A stretch of DNA of 41,397 nucleotides from Basidiobolus meristosporus CBS 931.73. Its lineage: Eukaryota > Fungi > Basidiobolomycota. The notes under the pieces were generated by a model. The model ran no database searches. It had not been told where the DNA came from and saw only the letters and a list, made by a program, of their open reading frames with translations. The position numbers and the translations under genes are program-made. The DNA is taken from positions 1 to 41,397 of the forward strand of contig MCFE01000734.1 of assembly GCA_002104905.1 (NCBI GenBank), given 5' to 3'. Below, one piece after another: positions 10,629 to 22,738 of the stretch; within the stretch, counting starts at the first letter, position 1, and each line of letters begins with the position of its first letter.

Positions 10629-13600
10629 ATGCGTGAATTACCAAGGTAGGGAGTCTCACATATCAGAAGACCCAGACTAATGCGAATGGCGAAGTCAATT
10701 TATTGAACTTATTCGGTTTGTCCTTCGCTTAGGAGATCCGAACGTCAAGTATGGCTCGAGCGACTCACCAACCTTCTTGAGACAGATTCCCTAGCGAATA
10801 TTGAGAGGTTAACAGCCTTATGGAGGCATTCGGGAGTTTCTCGAAACAGCTCTAGTCCGAAAATACAGCAATTAGGTATTTCTTGTAGGAAGCACTCTAC
10901 ACAGTACATTCACTTACAGTTGTCGCATTAGAGCGCCCGGGGTTAACCTACTGCAGAGATCCTTTACAGGATCCGGAGCTGCATCAATTGCTCGGTCATC
11001 TTAGTGGGTCTACCTTGAAAAGGGATATACTATTAGAATTTCTAAGTAAAGGAACTATTGCTACTGCAAGGTGAGTATTCATTTGCTCGTTCTTTTACCA
11101 TTTCTAGCGTTTGACACTCGTTGACCTGAACAGAGAAGGATTGGACTACCAAGCATTCGAGAATTTTGCGTTGGTTATCCTCTATCTCCAATATTTCCTC
11201 TTCCCACCTTCACCAGCCCTGGAGGAAGCTGTATCTAAGATTAGGAACAAGGTGCTAAGTAACCGATTGTGTATGAAATACTAGTTTATTAACAATTAGC
11301 CCAGGAGTGGCCGGTCAAATGCTATAAGATCAATCCATCCGCATGGCTCTCCGCCTTTACAGAGGCAAATCTTCGTGTCCATAAGTGCCGAGACGCAGCT
11401 GAAGAGTATTGAAATTCCATTTATGATAGCAAGCCAAGATGGTGGTTAATCTTTATCTAGTATCTCCCAGAGTAATATTTATTTGAATGAGCTATTGGAG
11501 TATATCCGTTTGCGTGAGCTCGACAGAAGCACTCTGCTTAGGTATATCCAGTATACATATAGAACATTGCTGGCTATGGTTGTTAACGTTGTCCTACCAT
11601 AAGCTCTTCGAAGCTCAAGAACGAAGAGCTGCAGAAACTAGGAAAAGCGCTAGCGTCGTGTTTCTTTGCAGTCATCGAGTTCGCCGGAAGTAGCGATTGG
11701 ATTGTAATCGGCGGTTTTTTGTTCTATTGCGAGAGCTATTAATTAACAGAGGGTCAATACGCTTATAGGTGATTCAAAATTTGGAGGTTTTAAGCAAGAA
11801 CGGGTCAAGACTCCCTGGCTCGTGGTACACATCCGAATTTCTTGTGACCACAAAACGTTTAGCGGAGAAATTCGCATTCCAGCAAGATGCTCAGCAAACT
11901 CGAGGGCTGAGCTACATTTATGAGTTGTGGGTGTTCTGGCTGCGACGAATCAGTAAGTACCAGAGCACACATGGGGAGTGCGGTAACTCTAGCTGATTTC
12001 ATATTCTGCTATAGATATAAATGAGCATGGTGAGCTAGGGGAATCGATTCTCCGAACCATGGCAGACACTATTGCAATATGCGATGGGCCTGAGATGAGT
12101 CCCATTTTGCTCTCCGTTGCAACTGCCATGTCAGTCTCACTAGGTACCAGGATTTCCGAAAACTCCAAGATTTCCGGAGCTAACACAGCTATCATCTTTG
12201 AATTGTAGGCAAATTCTCGGATGATTTCGATGAGTTCGCCACTGATGGACTGATGCAATGTATGGAAAAATCCAAACTTGTCCTCAAGTAAGCGAAGAAT
12301 TCTCGGTGCGCCACATATATGCCCATTCTCATCATCTCAATCATAGTGCGGAGCATAGCGACGCCTTATTCGCAAGTCTTGCCCAGTATATGAAGACTGT
12401 TCAATCGAAGAAGTACCTGGCTGATGTTTCAAATGGATTTTTTTCTCTGGCTAGCACCTTCGTTGTCAAACCACAAGAGCGACTTCAATTTTTTATCAAA
12501 GTTTTCCGCTTGTACCAGTTCGTGTGCACCTCGCGCATCAAAAATTTTCAAAAGACAAAATCAACCGAGGCGAGCAAGAAAACTGCATTTCAAACTGGTA
12601 TTTCTGATGAAGCTAGCAAAATCCAGGCACTTCTCGAGAGCTCTACACAGGCCCTGGACTCCGATGATACCACACGTAAGCATTACCAATTACGGTTTCT
12701 CTTCTTTTACCAACCTTCTTTGCATTTCTCGCAGTAAAATACACGGGCTTTATGGCACTCACTGGCCTGATGTAAGTGTCTTCAAAGAAGTCAGTATACT
12801 TGGCCTTGAACTTCTCTCACTCGATTCATATTCCACAGCAAAGGTTACCAACTATCGGCGTACAACTTAAGCTTGAATAAGGAGATCGACCGACAGCTCG
12901 TGGTCGGTTTGAAGCACATGACCCCAGAGAACCCTATTTTCTGCGATGGTAAGTGCGCTTTTCTCTTTGTGACCCACGTCTCTGGCCATTAACGCCGCTC
13001 AAGTTGAGCTTCAGGAGTTGATAAGCTTTGTCTCTGGACAATGTCTATCGAAGCGACAACCGACAAAGAAAGATGGCCTCGATATCAGAGTAAAACATCC
13101 CTAACCCTGAGCCTTGATAGAAGCGTGTATTGACCGCCTTGTGCATTAATATAGAGTTTGGTACAGGTACTTGTAAACACGCTGTTTTATAACGCGAATG
13201 CATTGAGCTATTGCTACTTGAACCCTCTCATCAACTCGCCGCCTGCCAACAATGATGTAAGCTTGCGGAAACGTCATCACGCAACTTCATAAATGGCTGA
13301 CTTTTGCTTCACCAGAATTGTATGAGAACAGTGGCTATATTACAACACAGAACAAACCATCCAATTTATACGGAAATTGGACGTATCTCAGTTGTGTTGG
13401 CTAATTTGCTATGCTATACCGACAAGCCTACCATCCAAGAATCGATTGAAAGGTAGACCCGGCCATCATTGTGGATTGTGATGTTGCGAGAAATTAATGG
13501 CTCGGTCTAGGGTTCGTTCGTTCGCCATCAACCTATATACCCAGATGGACCGTTGTTCAGTTGAATTCCTGGTGTATGAAAACAGTAAGCCACGTTTCCC

Positions 13601-14897
13601 GTAAATAGAGACGATAACGTATGCTAACCACTTACTAGATCAATTCAAGGAACTGGAGCCGCTACTGGGTGACGTTTTCAAGAACACAGTGTTTTCGGTG
13701 ACCTTGATTTACAAGACCCTTCTCGAACGGATCATCAATGATGACAGACCGATCTGTAAGTAGGTCTCTAGCTCGTTGTGCCAACACCGATAGCTTACCC
13801 TTTGTCGCATAGCATTTGCCATTTGTGGAGATATGGTCGAGTCTCTTTCACGATTACATTACATGGTCACTCGCTTGGGCGGCCGGGGATTCGCGTCGTA
13901 CGAGACAGTGACCAAGAATCTGATGGAGAAGCTAAGAAACGACAGGCAAGTCGCAAATAGAGTGGTGAAACACGTATTGCCCATCCGATATCATGACGAA
14001 GGTGAGACAGCTCTATTATAGAACGTATCTGCGCACTTGATACTGATTTATATGATCCGCTTGCTTCCTGTAGTGGAGAGGAATCCTCTCAGAAGATCGA
14101 GATTACTGTTTTGCCTTAACCTTGTAGACCTCACGATGGATGTGTTAGACGATGATTTGGTCAAGCGAGACATCTTGCCAGCAATCTATCCGTATCCTTT
14201 TAAGCCTGGCCTAACCATGTCTGGGACAACCCGATTGGAGATCCTTAACCTCGCTCTAGATATCTCAATACTAACCAATACCAAGACATGTTCGAGGCCT
14301 CCCATTCCATAGTGCTTAGTATTTTCGAGAATAGAAAGCAGGTGGCTGGCGAGTTGAGCGCGTACTACTCATCCTTGATCCTGCAGGTGATTCACACAGC
14401 CCAATCCTCTAACCCAGCCCATATTAACTCCAGTAACTTAGCAATACCCGAAGTATTTAAACATCGATCAACTCAGAGAAGCATATACTGTGATGATGTT
14501 GGGACTTTCCCAATCCGACGACGCGGTTGCATGGTCTTGCCTGACCAAGCTTATCCAAGAGATCGAAGGGTTCTCTGAAGCATGCGGCCAAAACCAGTCG
14601 GATCAAATCAACGACGGCGAGAATACAGCGCAGAATGCTGCACTCTACCTAGCCCGAGGCCACTTGCTGTTGACCCTTTTTGACCAGATTAAATCTGTTA
14701 ACTTGGTGTTGTTGGAGTCATTACTTAAAACGATCAAGCACCTGCTTATCACCGAACCCAAATCCCCCGGAAGAGACGCTATCTGCAAGGCTCTATACGA
14801 TAATGTGAGCAGTGGCCTGGATTATACGAAGAAGGATTCCACCATCAAATGGTACTTGAAATTGATGCAAGACCTTGGGGAAGATGTGCGTCCATAA
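10629..14897 (+). CDS. PEX8: Large helical-repeat protein (~950-1000 aa, ~20 exons) with Pex8 (peroxin-8)-like C-terminal half
   Basis: Exons can be chained in frame from ATG 10629 (MRELPR|RSERQVWLERL) to stop 14897. The C-terminal part shows the pattern I recognise from fungal Pex8: RLLFCLNLVDL...ILPAIYPYL...MFEASHSIVLSIF...YYSSLILQQYPKYLNIDQLREAY...LLLTLFDQI. Assignment is by motif recall only. Confidence 0.62.
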
Positions 14898-17800
14898 GCT
14901 TCAGAAGGTGATGGTAGTACAAGAAATCCCTTTTGTTTTATTCAGCTAGCCAAATTTCCTGGGTCGTTTCATCACGCTTGCCGAGGCATATTCTAAGCAT
15001 GATTATCTTCACACAATTGTAAATCTACACGTCTCACCAACTCTACACCTCTAACACATCTATCGGAAGCCATTAGACCACAATCAAGGAAATAAAAATG
15101 ATCTTTCAATGTGTACAGGCGAATGCACACAATGCAAGCATTTGTTGGTGGCAGCGTTGGAATTGCCAAGGCTTGGCCCTAGGTTGTGTAAATAGACTGA
15201 AGGAGCGCTATTTGCCAACACCACCACTTGGCATGTGTCCATTGGTGATACCGTCACTGGATTCCAAGTACAACAACACCACCAACGATGTATGCTGCTG
15301 AGTCATGTCCATAGCAATCAGCCTCTGTTGCGTCTGCTTCCACTGAAATTCCAAGGCAACCCTACTCCATCATTTGTTTATAGGCTAAGAGGCGCAAGGT
15401 TGATTGAAGTCAGGAACATTAACCTAGCGCCAATTCCATAGATTCAACTCAGATGCATGAACCCATTAATACACATGCTGACACCAGCGTTTTCTCTGCT
15501 GATAGGCATGATTGCGGGAGAGTGGGCAGCCTCAATGCTAGCCAAATAAGGGTTGGTTGGGCCACGTTAGTTAGCTGGATAGTCAAGAGTGATCATCAGA
15601 CTGCACGACCACTTCTCTTATACACTTTCACTTGACTACCTCGACCAGAACTTATTACATATTGTCCGAATTTTTGCAGCTAAGCATGCCAACAATGGAG
15701 ACCGTGCTGCCACTACCCCAATGGGGTGGATTGTTTCTCGTGTTAGTTTCACGCCTGTTTAAACATAGCAAGCGGCCACAGGGGAGTTAATCGCATTCAG
15801 ATTTTAAGAATGAACAACGCTCCTTAAAAGCTTAGAGAACCGATTGAAGTTAACCAATGCAACAGACAAGTAGTGTAAGTCTGCTGTTGGCAACAACTTA
15901 TAATCACCATTCCTAGTTGAGGTCGAGCTTAACACATGTATCTAGGCTGTGGGAACCGGAGTGTGTCCCCAAAATAAGTAATATAGCTGTTTGACCACAC
16001 CTTGCCATAACCTGTTCCCCCATATATCTAGCTCGGCGTTAATCTACTCCTATAAAGGCCAAAACACTACTGAATATGCTCAGATGTTGCTTTGATTGAT
16101 CTCCAAGCTCCTTCTGAATACAAGCATCTACAGATTTATTTGTATGAACTCATAGTACAGGGTCGACCAATGGCAACGGTTAGCGGCCATCACCCAAAGT
16201 TCAAATGATCCCTTTATGAACCAAATCATGTTTTACAGCATCCTTGAGCCACACCGCTGGTGGTACAAAGCCCACCATCCAATTTGGAATGGCTACCGGT
16301 GGTGAAGATTCGGAGATTCAGATATCAGACAATCATGAATCTCCTGTTCAGTGCATCTCCATTTGGATATTCATCCGCATAGCAGACGGCGAAGCATTTG
16401 CATTACCTCAGTAGTATTCCGGAATAGCCTGGATCCGAGTGGCCAAGTGCAGCGCATGAGTGGGCATCACATGAACAACCATAATCATGTTACACGATGC
16501 CCTGAATGGTCTGACGAAATCTAATGTTAATTATAGGAAATTATTGCGATTAGCAAGAATGAGAGATGTACCAAGTGTATCAACGTGACACCGGATAATC
16601 ACACATAGCGCTGAGGAAGAAAGTTATTTGTTGGGAATAGGGGCTTCATTGGCCCGATGCAAGCATAATCGTCCACATAAATGATAGCTCGGCTAGGAAA
16701 TGGGTCCAGATGGTTGATTTATGGCGCTGCTCAAACTTCAGCCGACAAAACAGGTTTGTTCGTTTTGGTGATTGCTATGCAGGCTAATATGAGCTCCTGT
16801 GCTGTATCGTCTGGTTGATCATCCATAATGTTGCAAATCGACATGTTTCTCACTGGATAGGCACCAATGAAGTCTTGCGCGTGCCTATCCAGTACAAGTC
16901 TAATGACGCATTGCCCACACTAGCCGCTAAGGGTTTCTAAACACTGGGTCGGCTGACGTAGCTTATTGCATGGATTTGTCGGGTCTGCCACGACTTGCAC
17001 TTTGATTGCACATCACGTGCAACTCTGACGCCGAGATGAGAGTGTTGCCCACCGTGAATATCACACAGCACACAAGCTGTACCCCGCAACACCACAATTA
17101 CACTGCTCTGTGGAATGTACTCTTGCCAAGGATCTCCAATAGAGAGTTGCCCCATGCTGGGTTCGAGCTGGATCCCAATGTCACCAATGTTTGTTAACAC
17201 CATGATCCTACGGCAATACCAAATCCACAGCTCATTACAGAACACCAATCAAAGCCGCCATGGGTTTTGAGAAAGGAAGATCCAACTCCTGCACCAGTAG
17301 GTAGGGCATCCATATTTGGGAGAAGTGCGAGCATGGCACATGGGTGGAGTGGCTCCAATTACCGCCAACCTCGCCAACCTCGCCGGGGGAGTTTCAGGTT
17401 TGTATGGGCCGCGGATTCCTAATTGAACTATCCCCGGATGCCTGATATATCCTGAAGTATCAGCATGCTGCATTTTCTGCCCTAGTCCGCTGAAATATGG
17501 GCCATTCCGTGATTCTTGGCGTATGAGCATCCCCCGCCTGGGGGGCTCAATTGCATCGCACTAACTTGATTGTCACTAGATGCTATTACGCAGCTCCGTG
17601 GGCCATCCTTATCGCATCAGCAGGATAGAGTCTAGGTGCCGCCATCTTCCGCACTCCAGTGAGCTCACTCATATCCGTATGAAGCAAGCGGCGGGTCTAC
17701 CCAGTCGCCCATCTGACCACCTGGGTTGGCCCCAGGTTCTATCCTTGCATCACTGCTCACGCAAAAGATTTGTCCATTACTAGCAGGCATCTATCCTCTG

Positions 17801-18950
17801 GGATCTGGCACCGCGATGTCAACCCAAAGATGGATTGATCAATTACTTTTCAAAGGGCCATCGCCTCTATAAACACGATACAATACCCACTGCATATCAA
17901 CCACCTCGCGACTCCCCATTTGGTTCGTTACAACGGCCTCTGGACCAGATCCACCCTGGAATAGTCAACAATTGACCACATGTAGCAACAATCAATACCA
18001 ACTCCCCAACAGCGATGACTCTCCATTGTACTCATCATCGGTTACGCACACTGTGGACTGCCGACCGGTTTTCATCTGCGCAGGCTGGCAACCCCGTTTC
18101 GAAACGAGCCTGGCTACGACATGTGTGAGATAGCTTGGTGAATCCTGGCTAAAGCAACCTAATTAAAAGCAAAGGGGCGCTACACTGGCTGGTCTTGCCA
18201 AATAAAGGCAATCTTCCAAACTTGCCTTCCATATGTATAATTAGGTGTATACCTCGCTAGCCCATCACACGCAACACTGCGCCCGGGCAACCGCGTCTTA
18301 CAAAAAAGGGGATTTCTTATGATGAGACAACCGGCCTATCTGCCCCAATGTCTCTACCTCGCTTGCATGTGGGCTTCGATACCTGTCCCATGGAGATGAG
18401 GGGCCAATTCACCTCGATTATGAAACAGTGGAACAACTCTGACTCCTGCATGATGACAGCATTCGTACGGGGCCCGTGTAGATACCCGTGCCGCCTATCC
18501 TTTTGAGATCACTGGTCCAAAACTGATTAGTCGAGGTTTGGAGTACATCAATCAACACGCTTGGTGGTGGGTTGGCTTGTTCCGTTCGCAAGTTGGTTCA
18601 AGCCCGCCGTCAAGCCTATTTGAATCGAGGGTTCTCATCGCACTGAAGGGCGTCACCCGCTTCAACACGAGACGCATGCTCGCCCATTTGTACTGGTTGT
18701 GCCACCCAAATCCTCCTACCAATGTCTCACAACGAAATAGCTCCATGCATGAGGCCATCTTCTATTAAATGCCACTCCAAAAACACTGAATCGATGCACA
18801 TCCATATTGGGTTGGTTGGTCGCACTCCACCGCCACCGCCGGCTGTGCTGGACTGCCTCCTGCAACCGGTAAAGTTAGGTTGCCCATCAACATGGAAAAT
18901 TGGGATTCGGGCTGAATTACTCCTCTCCGGGAAGACTGGAGTACTGGTGG

Positions 18951-18990
18951 ATATATGTATGTATGTGTGTGTATGCGTGCATATGTATAT
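18951..18990. repeat. Imperfect (TA/TG/TATG)n microsatellite downstream of the C2H2 gene
   Basis: atatatgtatgtatgtgtgtgtatgcgtgcatatgtatat. Confidence 0.7.
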
Positions 18991-19400
18991 TTGCAAATGG
19001 ATTGTATTTCAACAGTGATTGCTTGCTACATCAACAAAACGGATATGCGCTGGATAATTATCTATAATACGACGAATTAGAAGCTCTTGAGCGAATAGAG
19101 TCAGTGAACTGCTGGGAAGGGGGTGGGTTGCTTTTGGTGGTAATAATACCAAATAGCCATTAGAACCGCTATTCAAAATATTCATAAATTGTACATAAAT
19201 TACAGTAGTGTGTGGGTCACGGGGTTGGATCAGAGGAAATGGCCACATGGAACACCACGGCGTTAGCAACTGGAGCTAGCTCGGGACGGCATCCGCTTGG
19301 GCTGGCGCTTGAGCCACCGTCGCTTTATGCCCAAGGAATGCCTGGCCATGATGTCTATCGAATGGGGACTGGACGAGTAGAGGCTGTTTCCATCATCAGA

Positions 19401-20415
19401 TCAGCATTTGTGCTCAAGGGAATAGTGCCTGCGCAGAGCATCGGTCCTCGAAAAGCTACGCTGGCACATGCTGCACTTGTAGGGCCTCTCCCCTGTGTGC
19501 AGACGGATGTGGCGCTGTAGGTCATGCTTGCGCTTGAAGCTCCTGGAGCAGTAGGGACATGTGTTGCTGGTGTCCCCTGGGATCTTTTCCACCTTGATCA
19601 CCCTCTGACAAGAAGTCAGCGAGCTGACACTGGTTTTCGGCTCACTTGCCGGTAGGGGAATCTCGGGTGGTTGGTACGGCTCACTCTCCGCTTCAAGAGG
19701 CATGTTCAGGATTGCCGTTGGCTTCGGGGTGCAATGGACAAACCGAAATGTTTGGCTGGATAGATGTCTAGGACGCTTGCGCATATGCTCTTCGTTCAGG
19801 GCAAGAGTCTCGTCCAGATCCTTCAATGAGGGGATTTTGATGTCCTTGAGCGTTTCGGAATCCTCAGGGGCATCATGGAGCCGGCAGAGCGGGGCATTGT
19901 TGAATGACACGTTCTCGGACTTGAACTTCTCTATGCCCGAGATAGGTGGGAGCGTGAAGGTTCCCTGGGAATGTCTCCTCTTGTTGATGGCATGAGGATC
20001 GGCCATGATGCTAGCGGGGTTTTCGAATGAAAACGAGTCGCTTACCGGAGAGGATAGTGGTGAGAGGGAAAAGGGAGAGCGACCTGGTGAGATTGGAACG
20101 CAATGGTCGTGGCTGGGTGAATGCCGACAGATGGAGTCAGATTTTTCCATCGATACTGGGCAAGGTGCGTCGAATACACGGGCCTCTGAGGGGCAGGTGC
20201 GTGGCAATGGGAGGGTGAGAGGGGAAGAGATACTGGGTTCCGAAACGAGGCGCATTTCGCTATGTGTGCTCATGGGATGGAAATGAGGATGCAGATCGTT
20301 TGTGGAAAGCATCATCCTGGGTTGAGGAGAGTGGCGGGAGCGAGGGCTATTTGTATGTTTTTCCATACCGCTTGGCTTACCTGGGAACCAGTAGTTTTAG
20401 CTCTTGAACACCCAT
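19401..20415 (-). CDS. C2H2 zinc-finger transcription factor (two C-terminal fingers, S/P-rich N-terminus), 2 exons
   Basis: CPYCSRSFKRKHDLQRHIRLH-TGERPY-KCSMCQRSFSRTDALRRHYSLEH. A GTAAGC...CAG intron at 20380-20317 (phase 2) joins MGVQELKLLVPR (ATG 20415) to the long exon 20316-19401; the ORF-track start at 20366 lies inside this intron. Confidence 0.88.
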
Positions 20416-20571
20416 CGGAAAACCACGAGTCTGAAGAATCACCAAGAATATTGTCGGTCGATCGCATATTTGATTTCCTGTCCATGCCTAAATCGGAGCA
20501 TCGGCGTTGCACTGAAGAATCATCAAAATCTCCTTCTTTGGGTTTGGCTGTGGAAATTATGGTCATGTCAT
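20260..20571 (-). promoter_or_regulatory. uORF pair in the C2H2 gene leader: 2-codon uORF1 (20571-20563) and 80-codon overlapping uORF2 (20566-20381 + 20316-20260)
   Basis: Minus strand reads CCGCCGACC-ATG-ACA-TGA with a second ATG overlapping the stop. uORF2 is open through the main ATG in another frame, crosses the same intron and stops inside the TF coding exon. Whether these are in the mRNA depends on an unknown TSS. Confidence 0.45.
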
Positions 20572-22690
20572 GGTCGGCGGTGATTGGCTTTCTGCGCGGC
20601 CCTCTCGGTCACTAGTGATTTTGTGGGATTCGATGGTCACTCTCGCCGTAGGATCTAGAATAGATATTAATAGAAACCTCGGCTCATATGGCTAGCAGGG
20701 GAGCCGTAGGCGGAAATATGATGATCATAAAATAAATGGGATATCAACCACAGCCATGAACGCCAAGAATGCTAAATTGGTTTTTGATGGAAATATGTAG
20801 TCTAACTAAAGACGCCCCTTGCAACCTTGGGTTCTCAATGGGCACTTCTCATTTGTCCCAGTTCCTCCTTATTCCTTGGTAATACAATGCGGGCAACGAG
20901 TTTTGCTGGGCTTCTGGTTATCCCATTCGGCTGCTCACCTCGGATGGATGGGTTTCCGATGCCCAGAGGCAACGGGTGATCTGGTGGAGTGCTCTTTATT
21001 TGCCTTTGTTGATGTCACTACTCTGCTATCAAGTGTGACTGATTCTTGTTGAAATGAGTGTTCAACCAGTTTCAAAATCATGCGCCTTTCATATTCCGTA
21101 GGCCAGATGTGCGAAGGTAATTTGTCGGTCATCCATAGGACTGTCATACATCACATATTTTTAAATATCAGTAGCACAGGTACAGATGCGGCTGGGTTGA
21201 GCAGGACGCTTAAGCCGGGGTGCGGGCACTCAATGTGCCATCCGCCTATACAAGTTGGTTTCGGGACCTATTCTGATTCCTGTCAAGGCGTTGCATGCCA
21301 GGCGCCCCACTAAAATTAGCTCCCAAAACCCGTTGGCAACCACTTTTCGCGGCCAACAGGAATGCCATGAAATCGGAAGACTAGCTCTGAGTGTGGTGCT
21401 GATGTCGAATCTAGATGCTCTCTAGAGACAGTCTAGGGTGGGCCATCGCATGAACAGTGGATGCACCAGGCCGGTGAGCTGTCCGGCTGGTCCTACGTCG
21501 TAGGTGAAATTCAGCCAAACCAAGGGCTTGATGCGGACACGAGGGGAACTCGATAAGAGGGCATCTCTTGAAGCGCGAGGCGCCGGCTGGGTGGCTTCTG
21601 TCGATGGGTTGAAGCGTTAGTCACTGTTCTATGGTGGGACGAATGGCGGTTGCGAGCATAGATGGGCGGGCGGAGTCGCTTACCATAGGAATCCGTGGAC
21701 GGGAAAGCCATGATGGCCCAAAGACCTTGGGTGCAAACAAATCGGCTAAACTGACCAGACAGGCGTTCGACACGCCGACACAATGAAATGAATTGGTCCG
21801 TTTTGGAAGCCCAAGGACGCATCTCAACTGAATCATCCCAGTAAGGACCATATTGGTGCATCGCATTTCAAGACATCAAACCCGCCCACGCACTTAGAAA
21901 CATCTACCAGCTAAGTGGCAGACCCATTCCAGTTTTGTTTAGGAGGAGTTGATCAAATAGGGAATTTGCAACCACGTACACAGGCATCGTAATTAGGGTT
22001 CATTGACTTCGCCCAACCTTGCAACATTGAAACCCATTCACGCCATCTGATCTAGTGCCAAAATCCTAAAATTTGGTTAAGATTGGCTGACCCTCAACCT
22101 AGGGCTCCTTCCTAAAATGGTGAGGGCCTGTTGAGTCCACGGCGGAGATTGCTAGGGATAAGGCAGATCGGTGGCATGACGTCACACTGGGTAGGCAGCT
22201 ATGCAGCGGTGGCAAGCAGTTTTAATCAAAATGCCAAACCAACATTGGGTTGGCCAATGGGGGCGCTGCAACGGGCCATATACTGCGCTATTCTATATGG
22301 AAGGCTTATATGTTGATGCGGTGCCAAGAAATGGCCAGCGATCAGTGTAAAACTAGACCCACTCACTCAGGGCTCGAGTGTGCAGGGCCAGGCGTATTAA
22401 GGAATAAGACCTGGCAGAATCGGGGGATCTACTTGTTCGATTTCTATTAAGTGTGTAAGGGGCGCCGATGGATGAGCAAGATTCCCAATCGCCCCCAATG
22501 CGCATGATTGGATGCGCCGCAATTAGACCAGCGAGCACAACTCTATGGAGATGAAACAAGGCCAGCTAGTGCTGAAGAGGCGCTGTCCTTGAGCCGAGCT
22601 ATGGAAGGGCGTCATGCTGGTGGGCGATGTCACACACCCCGGCCTAAGGTGCTGGGAGGTTGGTGGCGGCAATCTGGCAACCCCTGTCAT

Positions 22691-22738
22691 TGCCATTGCC
22701 GCCGCCGCTGCCAGTGCCAATGCCAATGCCAATGCCAC
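22691..22738. repeat. (TGCCAA)n-type hexamer repeat with (GCC)n
   Basis: tgccattgccgccgccgctgccagtgccaatgccaatgccaatgccac. Confidence 0.75.

Noticed and set aside
18093-18105. 12-bp palindrome CGTTTCGAAACG
   Set aside because: Several such palindromes are expected by chance in 41 kb.
20318-20366. ORF-track N-terminus MEKHTNSPRSRHSPQP of the C2H2 protein
   Set aside because: Lies within a canonical GTAAGC...CAG intron (20380-20317).
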